Positions 13,398 through 26,489 of a stretch of 64,000 nucleotides of DNA are shown here, piece by piece (within the stretch, counting starts at the first letter, position 1; every line of letters begins with the position of its first letter). Both the position numbers and the translations under genes were made by a program. A model generated the notes under the pieces. That model was not told the DNA's origin. It saw only the letters and a program-made list of their open reading frames with translations, and ran no database searches. This DNA comes from Camelus dromedarius (Eukaryota). The DNA is taken from contig NC_087436.1 in assembly GCF_036321535.1 (NCBI RefSeq), positions 96,164,001-96,228,000 on the forward strand, in the 5' to 3' direction.

Positions 13398-14329
13398 ACC
13401 TCCCTAAACCCTTTCAGCAACTGGGAGCAGCTGCGTAGAGCAGGTCTGGGGATTAGACTTAATTTTCGAATCAGGTGCCAACACTGAGCAGCTTATGGTG
13501 AGCACAGGAGCTTGCCTGACCTCTCAGAGTCCCTGGATCTCTGTTGTCAAGTGAAAATGAGACCCACTTCAAAGCGTTGTATTAGACATCAGTGGTTTTC
13601 TGGGAAAGGCAGATACTGCCCCATGGGGGACACTTGGAAAAGTGGAAGGGACATCTGAAAATGTAAAAGGGGATTTATATTTTAGTGTCTTAATGACAAG
13701 AGGACACTCACAGCAGTTAATGCTTATGTGCTAACCAAACTGTAGCGCACTGGCTTGTCCAGCAAAACCAAGAATTTCCTTGCTTAAAATGCCAGCTGCA
13801 TCTCCCTGAGGGAACAGCAAAAAAAATTATAAAGTATCTGTCTGACAGGTAATAGATGTGACTATTCACTTTCTTGATATTATCAGTAGTTGATAAAATA
13901 GTTTCTCTCACTTGTGAAAATTCCTAAGGCATTGTATAAATGGAACATAGTCTTATAGTTTAATCATTCATGTCATATCTCCCTCTCAGTAGAGTGGCAG
14001 GGAAAAGAGAGGGGATTTTAAACTGTGTAGAACCTGTAATAGTGTCATGGACAAAGTAGAAACTCAAAAAAGTTTGTCAAGTTAGCCTAGAATGACTGCT
14101 AAACTAATACACTAGGAAGTGAGAGATGAAAAAAAATATGTTCACAGGGGAATCTGTTTTCCTTTTAAAATTTTTTAAATTTTATGTTGGAATCCTGTAA
14201 TTAATTCAATGTAATTAGTTAGAATGAATACTCACATGCTTTTGGACCTGTGTATTATTTGTTGATAAATACCATCTTTATTTAAATAAGTGTTGGTAGA
14301 GCATCAGCTGAAGACAGTAGATTGAATAC

Positions 14330-16202
14330 GCTTATCAGTCTTGGCCTCCTCTTGAATCTTATTGAAACTGAAGTCATTACGTATGTATACATATATACAT
14401 ATACATACATATGTATCTTTTTAATAGTAGAACCAGGAGAGGTGACAATAACAGCACCTTTGAACCTAGAAGCAGGTGGATGGGTGACCCCTCAGTGGAC
14501 CTGGGAAGGCTGACCCAGAAGCTGGAAGTGGGGATGGATGAGTCCCACCAGTTTTCATGGCAGGGGCCTCAAAAGGCTCCAGGACTGGAAGAACTGTGTT
14601 TAAGAAACAGTTGACACCCCACCCCTCCTTCTCCTATGCAAGCAGCCGGGTGATGGCACCTCCTCCACTTCAGCAGAAGCCTGGAAGTTTATCCTGTGGT
14701 GACGGCAAAACACAGGGTCTCTGAATTGGGGATGTCCAGGCAATATTCAGGGTGGGTACCATAAAAAGACAGGAGGATTAATATGCACGCAGCATACGCG
14801 TAGTCCTCCAGTCTACTTCCCACCCTCCATCTCCCAAACACTGGCAGCCAGGCTCTTACTCTCCAGGCAAGAATTCGCAGGAGTTTTCTTCGGGGATCTG
14901 GCCAGCACATGAGAAAAGCCCAAAGACACTGATGTTAGAAGTTAGAACTGCCTCAGCCAGATCACTACATCAATGGCACCGTTAATAAGTGCAACCTTCC
15001 TTCACATTCATGTTCAGAACTTCAGTTTTTGGTCCCTTTCTCTTATATATGAGAACACCAATGATTATCAAATAGCTAAGGAAAACCACAAAAACAATAT
15101 GGGGGGGATCAGAAACTATGGAGTAAAAAGAAATTTTCAAAAATTATTATCAAAAAACTCACAGAGACAAGAGAAATACATTGTCTTATGAAGCAAGAAA
15201 ATGATACCACTTAAAAAAGAGCATTTGGAGAACAAAAAAGGCCTCTTAGACATTAAAGACACAACAGCATAAATAATAACTTCAGTTGAAGGAATCTAAG
15301 TTAAAATGGAAGAAACCAGAGTGAAAAGACAAAGAAATAGGTAATAGGAGAGAAAGAGTAAGAAAAGCAGATAAATAATCCAGGAATTCCAGGAGATCTA
15401 GAAAGTAAAACAAAACACCCACAGGAGAAGAAAACATCAGCAAAATAATTCAAGAAAATCCCCCAAAATGGAGGGTAGATTTTCTAGATTTAAAGGATCC
15501 ACTAAGCATCCAGTACAATAGATTTAAAAAAAAAAACAAAACCCCACACTGAGGTATACCATTGTGAAATTTCTCAACATATTCAACCAACTTTCAGAGA
15601 AGAAAATACAATTATATATAAAGGACTAGGTATTGAAATGGTGGTTGGAATACTTCTGGAATTAGAACACTTCTCAGCATCCCACGAATGAGGAAATAAT
15701 GGAGCAATGTTTTCAAAATTCTGAAGAAGAAAAAATTTGTGTGAGAATTAGTTCCAACATAGAACTTTCTATGCAATCATGCCATCAATCAAGCGGGAGG
15801 TAGGATACAGACATTTTCAGACAGGCAAGTTCTTACGTAAGTTTTAAACTACATATGCTTTTTCTTAGGAAGCTACCGTAGGATGAGTTCCATGAAAATG
15901 AGGGGATAAAAGAAGAAGGAAAAAAAGACATGAAGTCTAGGAAATAGGAGCTCCAACGCATCAGAGAAGGGATGGGACTCTGTGGATGGTAATGACAGGA
16001 GATCTCAGTGTAACCAGACAGAGGGGACAACCAGTCCAGATGAGCAGGTCAGCAGTCTCAGAGAGACTTCTTCAGAAGCAGGAAATTGACATAACTGATA
16101 TAACACCTAATATGAAACAGACAGAATCATGGAACATCTTCAGAGAACATGTAGACAACTGGCAAATATTTCAGTATTGAATGAATGTTAAGTACATAAA
16201 AT

Positions 16203-16233
<31 letters not shown>

Positions 16234-16690
16234 ACCAAATAGACAAAATAAATAAACAAGTAAAAAGAAAATATTACCTCCATGGAAAAGTTGTGCTGAT
16301 AAGAAAATACTAGTTTAGCATATGCCCCATTTCTGAATAGCATATATAGTCATAATAATATCAACTTTCAATTTTTCTAATCAAAACTGAGATACAACTG
16401 TATTGTGAGGAGAGCAGTTGGCTGTACGTGGTGTTGACCAGGAGAATAAAGAGCTAAGTCCTCATATCTGTAGGGGAAAGTCGATGTAGAATGCTTCAAA
16501 CTGAAAAAAATCAGGAGGTGGCAATACTTACTTGTCATTAAGGTACACGGAGGTAAAGACCAGGCAGAGGTGAAAGAGGTTTTTCTGGGGACAGGAAAAC
16601 GAGGACCCTGTTCTTAAGAAACTTTTAGAACTAGCAGGTCCTTTAACTGTACCCTGCTATATATATAACTTTGATGAAAAAAATTTTTTA
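14330..16690 (+). mobile_element. HAL1 element (long copy) with internal (AC)n at ~16203-16228
   Basis: cagagacaagagaaatacattgtcttatgaagcaagaa...ggagaacaaaaaaggcctcttagacattaaag...aataattcaagaaaat matches recalled HAL1; best match 15050-16520, 5' boundary uncertain. Confidence 0.75.
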
Positions 16691-18339
16691 AATCCTTTAA
16701 ATTGCAATAGTATATAGAGAGCCAACATGGGACTACTTTTTCAAAATAACATTTTGGTAAATAATATTTGAGGTGTTGCCTTTTTCATAAATTGAGAGGC
16801 GTAGCCTAAGTGACTTCCAAGGTCCCGTGACCTCTACTTGTGTGTTTTTTGTACCTCTTTGTATGTGTGTCTGGACCTGTGAACACAAACACACAGTGAT
16901 CCGATAATCAACAGTGGAACTCCCCTGATTATCTATCATTAAAAATTAACATATATTATCCACATATCTACAAAGACACAATCCAGTCCTACCGAATGAA
17001 GGAGAACAAGGCGGCTCAACCACCTCCCGATTTGTAGAGAAACACCTGAGGCTGCATTTCTGTCTTCCTCTGTCCATGTGAGAGGAGACACAGGAAGAGA
17101 TTAAAGTTCCCTGCTATTTAGACTCTGGCCTGTGACGCACGGTGATGCTGACCTAAAAGTTAATATTTATCCATCTCGGTGAGTTCAGCTTGGCTTGAGA
17201 ACTTGGAGGGGAAAGGAAGGGAAATGCTACAAACTCAGGTAGAGATTTGTGCTAAAGTCAGTGTTAATCTTGGTAGCATGGCTTAGTCACCCACATCCTC
17301 TCCAGCATGTGCCAGGGAAGACCGTGGCAAGTCCTACAAAATCAGCACTAAAATGGGAGGGCAGGATATGGAGCTTTGTTTGAATTAAAGAGAAATGGGA
17401 AGATTGTCTAGTTCAAATCTCCCATTTCTTCCTAGCTTGATGACTGGTAAGTCACAATCTCTCTATGCCCTCGATTCTTCGTCCATACCTATCCTATGTG
17501 ACTATTAGGAGAAGTGTATGTGCTAACACCTTTAGAGCAGTGAAAGCAGTCCCTTGGTATATCCTCTCTAAAACAGATGCAAAGAACATAACTGACTTAC
17601 AGGGGCCTTGGATTCATGGCTGGCATGCACTTAACATGAGCTCTCTCTCTCTTTCTTGCTCTCTCATTTAACCTGGTCTTTATTTATGTAACCTAGTCTT
17701 CAGAATAATGGAAGATCTAAGAGGAGAGAATTTCCCATGACAAATTTGGTCAAGTCAATTCCAAAAAGTCAAGGAACATATTGTTCACTGATCATAGTAA
17801 TCCTGTTCGGTAAAATCTCAGGTTACGTTCATTTACACTAACACTTGGGATCCGATGCTGAAACTTTCCTTTGGCTGCCAGATGTATTTGGCACTCCGGA
17901 TGTGCTGGACAAACTCTGTACGAGGGCCAAGTCAAGGAGTCCAATAACTGGCTTAGGGACACTCCCGCATTCCTTCTTGTTATTCCAGGTCCTCAACAAT
18001 ATCTGGCATACAGAGAAGGTGCTCGTTTGTTAAGTTAAAAATGAAAAAAAAAAAATTGTTTTGCTTCTCACAGTCAAAAGTTACATAACCATACGTTATA
18101 GTCACCCACATTTCTCTCATCTAAGAATGCAGTCTTATTTTTCTCATTCATTTCTCTGTTTATACTAAAACTTTTGATAGGTTAAACCACTATGTTAAAT
18201 GGAATGTTACTATATCATATTACAGTATGTGCTTTACAATGAAAAAATTAATAAAGAGACTGTCATCCTAGGGAAATAGTACTCTTTAGCTGTGAGTTAT
18301 TTTTGCCTAAAAAATTCCAAAGGGTATCAATTCCTTAAC

Positions 18340-19595
18340 AGATAAATAGTTTGCAAATATTTTCTCCCATTTCATAGGCTGCCTTTTCACTCTGTCATTT
18401 CCTTTGCTGTGCAGCTTTTTTTTGCTTGTGCTTTTGGTGTCATATCCCAGAAATCATTGCCCAGATCAATGTCTGAAGGTTTTCTGTTAATGTTTTCTTC
18501 TTGGAGTTTTACAGTTTCAGGTCTTGTTTCATCTTCAGCCCACTGTGAGTTGATTTCTGTTTATAGTATAAGATAAGGGTCCGATTTCATTCTTTTGCAT
18601 GTGGATATGCAGTTTTCCCAACAGTCTTTTCCCCATTAGGTACTCTTGGCACCCTTGTTGAACATCAGGTGACCTTATGCTACAGACTAGATGTCTGTAT
18701 GCCTTAATGAATGAGATTAGTGCCCTTGTAAAAGAGACTCCAGAAAGCTCCCTTGTTCCTTATGCCGTGTGAGGTTATAGCAAGACCACAGCTCTCTATG
18801 AACCAGGAGGTGAGATCTCACCAAATACAGAATCTGCCAACACCCTGATCTTGGATTTTGCAGCCTCCAGAACTGTGAGAAATAAATTTTGGTTGTTTAT
18901 AAGCCACTCATTCTATTGTATTCTGTTATAACAGCATGGATGGACTAAGACACTATATTATTTATAAGCTTATTTTGGGGCTTTCTGTTCTGTTCCATTA
19001 ATCTATATGTCTGTTTTTATGACATTACCATATTGGTTTAATTACTGTAGCTTTGTAATATGTTTGAAATCAGAAAGTGTGATACTTCAAGTTTTCTTTT
19101 TCTTTCTCAAGTTTTTTTTTTTTTTTTTTTTTTTTTTTGGCTATTCTGGGTCTTCTGTGGTTCTGTATGAATTTTAGGATCATTTTTTCTTTTTTGTAAA
19201 AAATGCCACTGGGATTTTGACAGGCATTGCAGTGAATCTGTAGGCTGCTTTGGGTAATATGGACATTTTAACAATATTAAGTCTTCCAATCTATGAACAT
19301 GAGACATCTTTTTAAAATACCTATTTTATTTCTTTCATCAATGTTTTATAGTTCTCAGCATACAGGTCTTTCGCCTCCTTGGTTAAACTTATTCATCAGT
19401 ATTTTATTCTTTTTGATGCTACTGTAAGTAGGATTATTTTCTTAATTTCTTCTTTGGGAAGTTTGTTGTTAGCATGTAGAAATGCAGCTGATTTTTGTAT
19501 GCTGATTTTGTATCCTGTGACTTTACTGGATTCATTTATTAGTTCTAACTTGTGTGTGTGTAATCTTTAGGTTTTTCTACATATAAGATCCTGTG
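18340..19595 (-). mobile_element. L1 (L1M-type) ORF2 fragment interrupted by an MLT1A LTR
   Basis: gtttgcaaatattttctcccatt...gatttcattcttttgcatgtggatatgcagttttccca...ggacattttaacaatattaagtcttccaatctatgaacatg are antisense L1 ORF2 signatures. Confidence 0.9.
18678..18952 (+). mobile_element. MLT1A-like solo LTR (internally deleted) nested in L1
   Basis: TG...CA termini (tgctacagact...ggactaagaca), gcctccagaactgtgagaaataaa; flanks cctta/ctata are each one change from a common CCATA TSD. Confidence 0.85.
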
Positions 19596-19609
19596 GATTT
19601 TTATAATCA

Positions 19610-20580
19610 CTTCATAAATGGTGCTAGGACAATAGGTTATTAGGAAAAAGTTAGATCCCGAAATAAATGGGAACAAAAATATTTGGAAGGAAATACAAGT
19701 GAATATTTATCTAATTTAGGAATAAGGAAGAGCCTTTCAGTTACTACAGTCCTAGAAGAAACACGAAGTAAAAGATTAACAGATTACATAAGAAGCAAAT
19801 ATTTTTCACCTTAAAAGACACCATCAACAAAAATGCAAAGACCAAATGGAACATTTGTGACACAGATGATAAAGGGTTACTATCTTTAACTTTTGTTTGT
19901 TTGTTTTTGGGGGGAGGTGATTAGGTTTGTTTGTTTGTTTGTTTGTTTGTTTTAACAGAGGTACTGAGTATTGAACACAGGACCTCGTGCATACTAAGCA
20001 TGCACTCTACCACTGAGCTATACCCTCCCCTGTACTATCTTCAACTTTAAAAGGGTTCATAATGTAATAGGATATTTATTTAAAATACCAATAAAAATAA
20101 CAAAGTACATGATCAACCAATTAAGAAATGAATAAATACTAAAGCCAATGAACATGAAAAATTATTCAACTAAAGAAATAAACTCAAATAACTGGATAAC
20201 ACTTCTGTCTAATAAATTGAACTTTAAAAAAATGATAACAGTGTTAAAAAGCCTTTACAATATCAATAACTTTTGCTCCAAAAATTCCAGTTCTTGGAGT
20301 CTAACCAAAGAATATAACCAGAGAATCAGAGAGGTGTAAACAAAGATCTTTAAAAAAGGGTGTTCCACTTAGAATTATCCTTAAATAAATTGTGATATAT
20401 TCATAAATTGGAAAACAGAGAAAATAACACTAAAAAATGCAGGGTATGAGATTAAGTTAAAAAAAGCATGGTATATATATAAAATGTAATTTCAATTTTA
20501 TTATAAACAAATCACCACATATATAAACAAAGGGAATATACTCAAATGAAAACAAAGGTCATTCTGGGATAGGCAGTAGG
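19610..20580 (+). mobile_element. Ancient L1 (L1ME-like) ORF2/3' fragment
   Basis: ataaatggtgctaggacaa...gaatatttatctaatttagg...aaaagacaccatcaacaaaa; heavily diverged. Confidence 0.65.
19894..20032 (-). mobile_element. Vic-1-type camelid tRNA-derived SINE with 16-bp TSD
   Basis: Minus strand GGGGAGGGTATAGCTCAGTGGTAGAGTGCATGCTTAGTATGCACGAGGTCCTGTGTTCAAT with A/B boxes and (AAAC)n tail; TSD TACTATCTT(T/C)AACTTT at 19878-19893 and 20033-20048. Confidence 0.9.
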
Positions 20581-20624
20581 ATGAATTTACGATTTTTGTC
20601 CAGATTGGGTCAGATTTGTTTTTA

Positions 20625-20854
20625 TTTTTATTTATTTTATTTTTTTTAACATTTTTTATTGATTTATAATCATTTTACAATGTTGTGTCAAATTCCAGTG
20701 TTCAGCACAATTTTTCAGTTATTCATGGACATATACACACTCATTGTCACATTTTTTTCTCTGTGAGTTATCATAACATTTTGTGTATATTTCCCTGTGC
20801 TATACAGTGTAGTCAATTCTACAGTTTTGAAATCCCAGTCTATCCCTTCCCACC
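20625..20854 (-). mobile_element. Young 5'-truncated L1 3' end with perfect 14-bp TSD
   Basis: T-rich tail plus L1 3' UTR (tttacaatgttgtgtcaaattccagtg...tttccctgtgctatacag); CAGATTTGTTTTTA at 20611-20624 and 20855-20868. Confidence 0.9.
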
Positions 20855-21799
20855 CAGATTTGTTTTTAAAGCATGAAATATATTTATCGGCAGTCTTCTC
20901 ATAATAGATTTTATTTTAGACTTCAGTGATTCACTACATAAAGAGAGCAGGTATTACACACTGGACAGGAATTTTCTTCTAAAGTACATTTTGGAAAAAA
21001 TAAGCATGATGTTAAAAATGCATGTCTAACCTGCAGATTCTGGGAGTATCTTGGAATATATCGGGAAAGTTGTATTAAATCCTTCCTCCACATTTGCCTT
21101 TTACAATTTCTTCTTTATCCATTACTTTATGCTTGTATTTGATGCTGAGTTATTTGACACACAAAATCATAATTTTATTTTCTGTTGGAAACTATACCCT
21201 TGATCAAAAATTGAAAGACGATATTTATTATTTTATGTTTTTCTTCCTCTCTGATTTCTCTCTGTTGCATTTGTTTACCTTATCTTTGCCTCTCTTTTTA
21301 TTATCAATTTTCTTTGTCACATTATTTTGGGTGAATAACAGTTGGCTTTACTTCTTTTCTGATCCAACATAAGAGCCTCTGCCTTTTAACAGAGTTTAAA
21401 CCATTTACATTTATGCTATGTACTGAATCTCTCTTTTGTTGTCTTATTTTACCATTTTCTTAATGCTTCCTGGTGGTTTCCTTTATTTTCAGACTTTTGC
21501 TTTTACTTTGTTTTAAAATTTCTCCAGCATGTTGCAAGGTATATGTTGTGTTTTAAAAATTCTTCTCATGCGAGAAAATATTCTCTTTTTATTACCCTCT
21601 TAAAAAGCATTATTTTCATAAAGTGAAACCCAAATGAAATTTTAATGCAAGCCTACAAGTACAACACTAATTGGATCATTTTTGAGGGGAAAGGCAGCAC
21701 TTATACTAATTATACAAGGACAAAGGGTGTCAGCTGAAAGCATTTTGGGCAAACAAGAGGAATGGTCACCCTATCTCTGGGTGATAGGAATAAGGAGGT

Positions 21800-22950
21800 G
21801 CCGGTTTGGAGGTGGAAAGAAGATTTTTGCTTTGGTGTACCTAAGGTGGTTGATGAATGTTCAAAGGGAGGTGTTCTGCGAGCAGTTGAATATATTGGCC
21901 GGAGACTTGGAAGAGAGCTTTTGGGCTCAATATGAAGATTTCAGTCATTAATATAGCTAATAAATAGGTCCATGGACTGAAAAGCAAAATAGAGGAAATA
22001 AATATATAGTGTTAAAGAAAAGACTGAATCCTGACAAACACTGCTTAATGTAAAGAAAAAGAAAAAAAAAATCTACAAAGGAGATTCATAAATTACAGCC
22101 AGTGGGTAGAAAAAAAATTAAAAAGGATTGACTCCATTCCTTGCCATGTCTTCTCACGAGACTTTCAGGATCAAGTAATTTCTGGCCAAGAAATTAAAGC
22201 AGAATTGTCCCATTCTCTGATGGATTCAGATAAAAACTGGTAATAATACCAGACACAACTCCAAGAGGAGACACTGGAAAAGAACCAAGCTGGGTCTGTA
22301 AGGAATTGCACATGAGGTGGCACCATATTTATGCCGTATCAAGGTCTTTCTAAATCAAGCTGAAAACATCACCATTATCTGGACAGTTGGGTAAGTCTTA
22401 CTTGGAAAATGATTTTTCTACGCTTTTGTACTAGTAGGTTGGTTTAGTAATAATATATGAGACTTTTCATTTGAAAAACAAACACACAAACAAGTAGAAG
22501 TGAGTGTGGTAATGAAGCAGGTGAAGTGTTTCAGGGAGTAAGGATTGGCCTGCAGTGTTAAATGACACTCAAGGGTCAGACAAGAAAAGGACTATAAATG
22601 CCTCTTAGGTTTAGCACCAAGAAGGTAACTGGTGACCTTGGCAAAGGCGGTTTTGGTGCAGTGGTGAATCTGGAAGCTAGATGGCTATGGGTTAACCAGC
22701 AGTAGGAGGTGAGAAAGTATAAACATCAAGCATAAAAACCCTTGGAAGGGAATGGGCTGTGAATGGAAGGTGGAGAGGGTGAGAAAGAAGAAAGTAGGAT
22801 TAAGGGAAGGTTTACTTAAGTTGGGGGTTTTCAAGTTGTCTGGATATGCTGGTAGAAGACAGCTGGAAGAAAGGGAGGAGCTGAAGACAGAGGAAAGAGG
22901 ATCATACCTTTAGTAAGGTCAATAGCAGGGGGGAGGGAACAACGTAGGAT
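21800..22950 (-). mobile_element. Fragmented L2 LINE remnants
   Basis: gaggtgttctgcgagcagttgaatatattggccggagac and gaaggtaactggtgaccttggcaaaggcggttttggtgcagtggtg are antisense L2-like; interrupted by non-L2 sequence. Confidence 0.6.
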
Positions 22951-22974
22951 TAATCAGCCTCAGATAGGAGGTGG

Positions 22975-23762
22975 TGGGGAATATGGTGGACCCAATGTCT
23001 CCATTCTGTGTATCTCCCTGTTCTGCAGAGGCTAGAAAGCAAAAAAGGTTTCCCAGCCTCTCTTGCAGTAGGATTCCCACACAGACTTAAGATTCAGACA
23101 GTCCTCCAAGAGGTGAGGACGGGAGAAGGAGAGGAGCAGAGATTATGCTTTGGCTACTTCTGATTTTTCAGCTGGCAAGTCCCAGGGGGAGCCACTGGGT
23201 TTTTCGTTAGCAGTGTTCCAGCATCCTGGTGCTTTGTGGATGTCAAGAGGCAGAATGGGGGGCATTTGGTGGTTTTTTTGTTTGTTTTTTGTTTTGAGGC
23301 ATGGTGTGACTCTAGGGCCATCATTTGCAGTAGCTCTCCAGCTAATCCCGGCTAAGACAGTGTTTCTGCAGTCAAGAGTTCCACTGATCATTTCCAATTT
23401 CCCTCCTTTTTGGTTGTGTAAGAGGAGGCAGCTCCCTGGAAGGGTCAGGTCTATGGTGGTGTTTGCTGTTGTTGATATATTTTTTTTCCTCTTTGAAAGT
23501 ATATTTTGGCCTCAATGTTTTCACGCATCTAATTGTAGGTACATATGTGTGTATATAAACAATCACCTTGAGAAACAATTATAGTCAACAATTTATTGAT
23601 GGCCTACTAGTTCTTTTTATTTTATATTTTTGTTTATTTTGTTCTCGAGCCTGCTACTGAAGCCTTTCGAGGGGTACTGTAAACAATTTCCTGGATTAAA
23701 TTGTGTTTTGCTTCAAATAGTGAATGTAATTTCTGTTTTCTGCAAGTGAACTTTGATTGAGA
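22975..23762 (+). mobile_element. Old ERVL solo LTR (LTR50/LTR33-like)
   Basis: cagaggctagaaagcaaaaaaggtttcccagcctctcttgcagtagg near start; attaaa...tgcttcaaatagtgaatgtaatttctgttttctgcaa near end. Confidence 0.55.
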
Positions 23763-24173
23763 GGGACATCTACTCTTGAATCAGGGAGGAAGGAAGGATG
23801 GATGTACATGGAGATAAACGGTTTTGTGTGTGTGTGATGGTAATTTCTTCAAATGCAGGAGTTTTCAACCTGGGGTGTGCAGAGCCTCAACGATAGGATT
23901 TGAAGTGTCTGTGAACTTAAATGAGAAAAAGTCACATCTCCTTCTTCCCTAATCTCTAACTTAAGTGTAGTATTTTCTTCAAGCCTGAATGTAGGTATCA
24001 AACTACAGCATCGCTGGCAGTCTGTGTGACTTCATCTCTAACAGAAAGAAGGTATTTTCATATTATATTAGAACTGTTGTAGATCTCAAAATATTATTTA
24101 TGCTCATAGCTATGCTATTTATTAGACACCTGCTAGGCTTGTTCTGTAATACATTTACAAAGAAGCACATACT

Positions 24174-25066
24174 GACATTTTTTCCAAAGAAGACATACTG
24201 ATGGCTAATAGGCACATGAAAAGATGCTCAACATCACTAATCACAAGGGAAATGCAAGTCAAAACAACAATGTGATATCACCTCACACAGGTCAGAATGA
24301 CTATCATCAAAAAGTCTACAAATAACAAACATCGCAGAAGATGTGGAGAAAATGGAACCCTTGTACACAGTTGTGGGAATATAAATAGGTGCAGCCACTA
24401 TAAAAAAAAAAAGTATGGAGGTTCCTCAAAAAACTAAAAATAGAACTATGATACGATCTAGTAATTCACTCCTGGCTGAGAAAGAAAGAAAGAAAACACA
24501 AATTTGAAAAGATACATGCATCCTAATGTGCACAGCAGCACTATTTACAGTAGCCAAAACATGGAAGCAACCCAAGTGCCCATCAACAGATGAATGGATA
24601 AAGATGTCATATATATACACAATGGAATATTACTCGGCCATAAAAAAGAATTTAAATTCTGCCATTTGCAGCAACATGGATAGACCTAGAGATAATTATA
24701 CTTAGTGAAAGAAGTCAGACACAGAAAGACAAATACTGACAATATCACTTATCTAAATCTAAAAAAACACAAATAACTATACGCAAAACAGAAACAGACT
24801 CAGAGATATAGAAAACAAACGAGTGGTTACCAAAGGGGAGAGGAAAGTGGGAAGAAGGGCAAGACAGGGGTATAGGACTAAGACATACAAACTATTGTGT
24901 ATAAAATAGACAGACAACAAGGATATATTGTGCAGCACAGGGAATTACAGCCATTATCTTATAATAATTTTTACTGGAGTACAATTTATAAAATACTGAA
25001 TCACTATGTTGTATGCCTGAAACAAATACAGTAAATCAACTATACTTCAATTTAAAAATGGAATAT
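24174..25066 (+). mobile_element. L1 3' end (~0.9 kb; ORF2 C-terminus plus 3' UTR, L1MA/cetartiodactyl type)
   Basis: gacatttttccaaagaagacatac...cacatgaaaagatgctcaacatcactaatc...catttgcagcaacatggatagacctagag...gtaaatcaactatacttcaat. Confidence 0.92.
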
Positions 25067-25082
25067 AAAAAGAAGCATATAT

Positions 25083-25240
25083 TTTAAAAAAAGTTTCTGC
25101 TGTATAGCACAGGAAACTATGTTCAAATTTTGTAATAACCTTTAATAAAAAAATTTATGTATATATATGCATGACTGGGACATTGTGCTGTACACCAGAG
25201 ATTGACACATTATAACTGATGGGACTTCAATTAAAAAAAT
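25083..25240 (+). mobile_element. Short younger L1 3' end
   Basis: ctgtatagcacaggaaactatgttcaa...tgctgtacaccagagattgacacatt...cttcaattaaaaaaa; flanked by repeated AAAAAGAAGCATAT. Confidence 0.85.
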
Positions 25241-25431
25241 AAAAAGAAGCATATTACTACATCACAGTTTTTAAAAATTGGTAACAATACTTCCTTTGTA
25301 ATCCTATGTATTTTATTTTATGAATTTAAAAATATTTTCCTGAAAAGGGGTCCATAGACTGATAAAGCAGTCTATAGCATAATACATGTTAAGAAGCCTG
25401 TTCTAATGTCTTCTATTTTGCCTGTAAAGTA

Positions 25432-25590
25432 GGGATTCTAAACTGCAGCACTAGTTTTAGGATGGACAGTTCTTTCTTTGGGGTGGACTGTCTTTTGCAC
25501 TGGATGAGGTTCAGTAGCCTTGACCTATTGTATGCTTGTAGCACCCTTCCTAACTACAAGACAAAACTGACCGCGGTTGAGAACCACTAC
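25432..25590. mobile_element. MER20-like hAT-Charlie fragment
   Basis: ggacagttctttctttggggtggactgtcttttgcactg...ggttgagaaccact. Confidence 0.6.
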
Positions 25591-25747
25591 TGTAAACTAG
25601 TGCTAAGCTGAGGAAGGTGACTGGGTCTGAGATCTGATTAGAGGAGAGAGGGCTTAAAATGGATGCAATAGAGGATGGTAGAGACAAGTGACTAGGGAAA
25701 CATGCGTTTGAGTGGTGGATGTTGAGGGACCAGCTGAAATCAACTCT

Positions 25748-26090
25748 AGTCACCCCTCAGCATCCTTGGGGGATCTTGGACCCCATGGATATTAAAATCT
25801 GAGGATGCTCAAGTCCCTTATATAAAATGTCAGAGTATCTGCATATAGCCTATATACATCCTCCTATATACTTTAAATCACCTCTAGATTATTTATACTA
25901 TCTAATACAATGTAAATGCTTTGTAAATAGTTGTAAATACAATGCAAATGCTAAGCAAATAGTTGCTGATGTGCAAATTCAAGCTTTGTTTTTTAGAACT
26001 TTCTGGAATTTACTTTTTTCCAAATATTTTTGATATGCAGTTGGCTGAATCCACAGATCCAGAACCTGCAAATATATGGGGCCAAATGTA
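25748..26090 (+). mobile_element. MER2 (TcMar-Tigger) element
   Basis: aaaatctgaggatgctcaagtcccttatataaaatg-like start, tactttaaatcacctctagatt, gttggctgaatccacagat near end. Confidence 0.85.
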
Positions 26091-26489
26091 TAGCATAGCC
26101 CACAGGTATGAGAAGAGGTTTTCCAAGTTGTTTTTTTCCTACTTGTCATACATGATGAATATTCAAATAATGGACAGCCTACCATCAACAGCATTTGTGA
26201 TGTAAGAGCTCCTTTACAAATGAGATGGGCTGGAGTTACCTACGATGTCCTGTTTCTTCCACCAATCCAAATGCTAACCTGTGAACATGCTGGTTGAGAA
26301 ACACATGTTCTTTGAGCAAAAGGATAACACGATCCTGAAGAATCTAAAAATAACTATTATTGCCCCTTGTTCTGCTACCTCATGTGGTGGGGGGGTGGGG
26401 GGCAGTCTAGACTTGAATGGATGTAGAGGTTACTGCTCCAAGAAAATCTGAACCCAGCAGGCATGGCTGTGCAGGAACCCTATGATTCA

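Larger units (their letters stand above)
23856..25400 (+). mobile_element. MER113-like hAT-Charlie element split by two L1 insertions
   Basis: caggagttttcaacctgggg...aaagaagcacata (left part) resumes after 25240 as aagaagcatattactacatcac...cctttgtaatcctatgtattttatttt...ggttaagaagcctg-like end. Confidence 0.75.

Noticed and set aside
1..16690. Similarity between 1-1320 and 15100-16520 as a segmental duplication
   Set aside because: Both are highly diverged independent HAL1 copies; flanks are unrelated.
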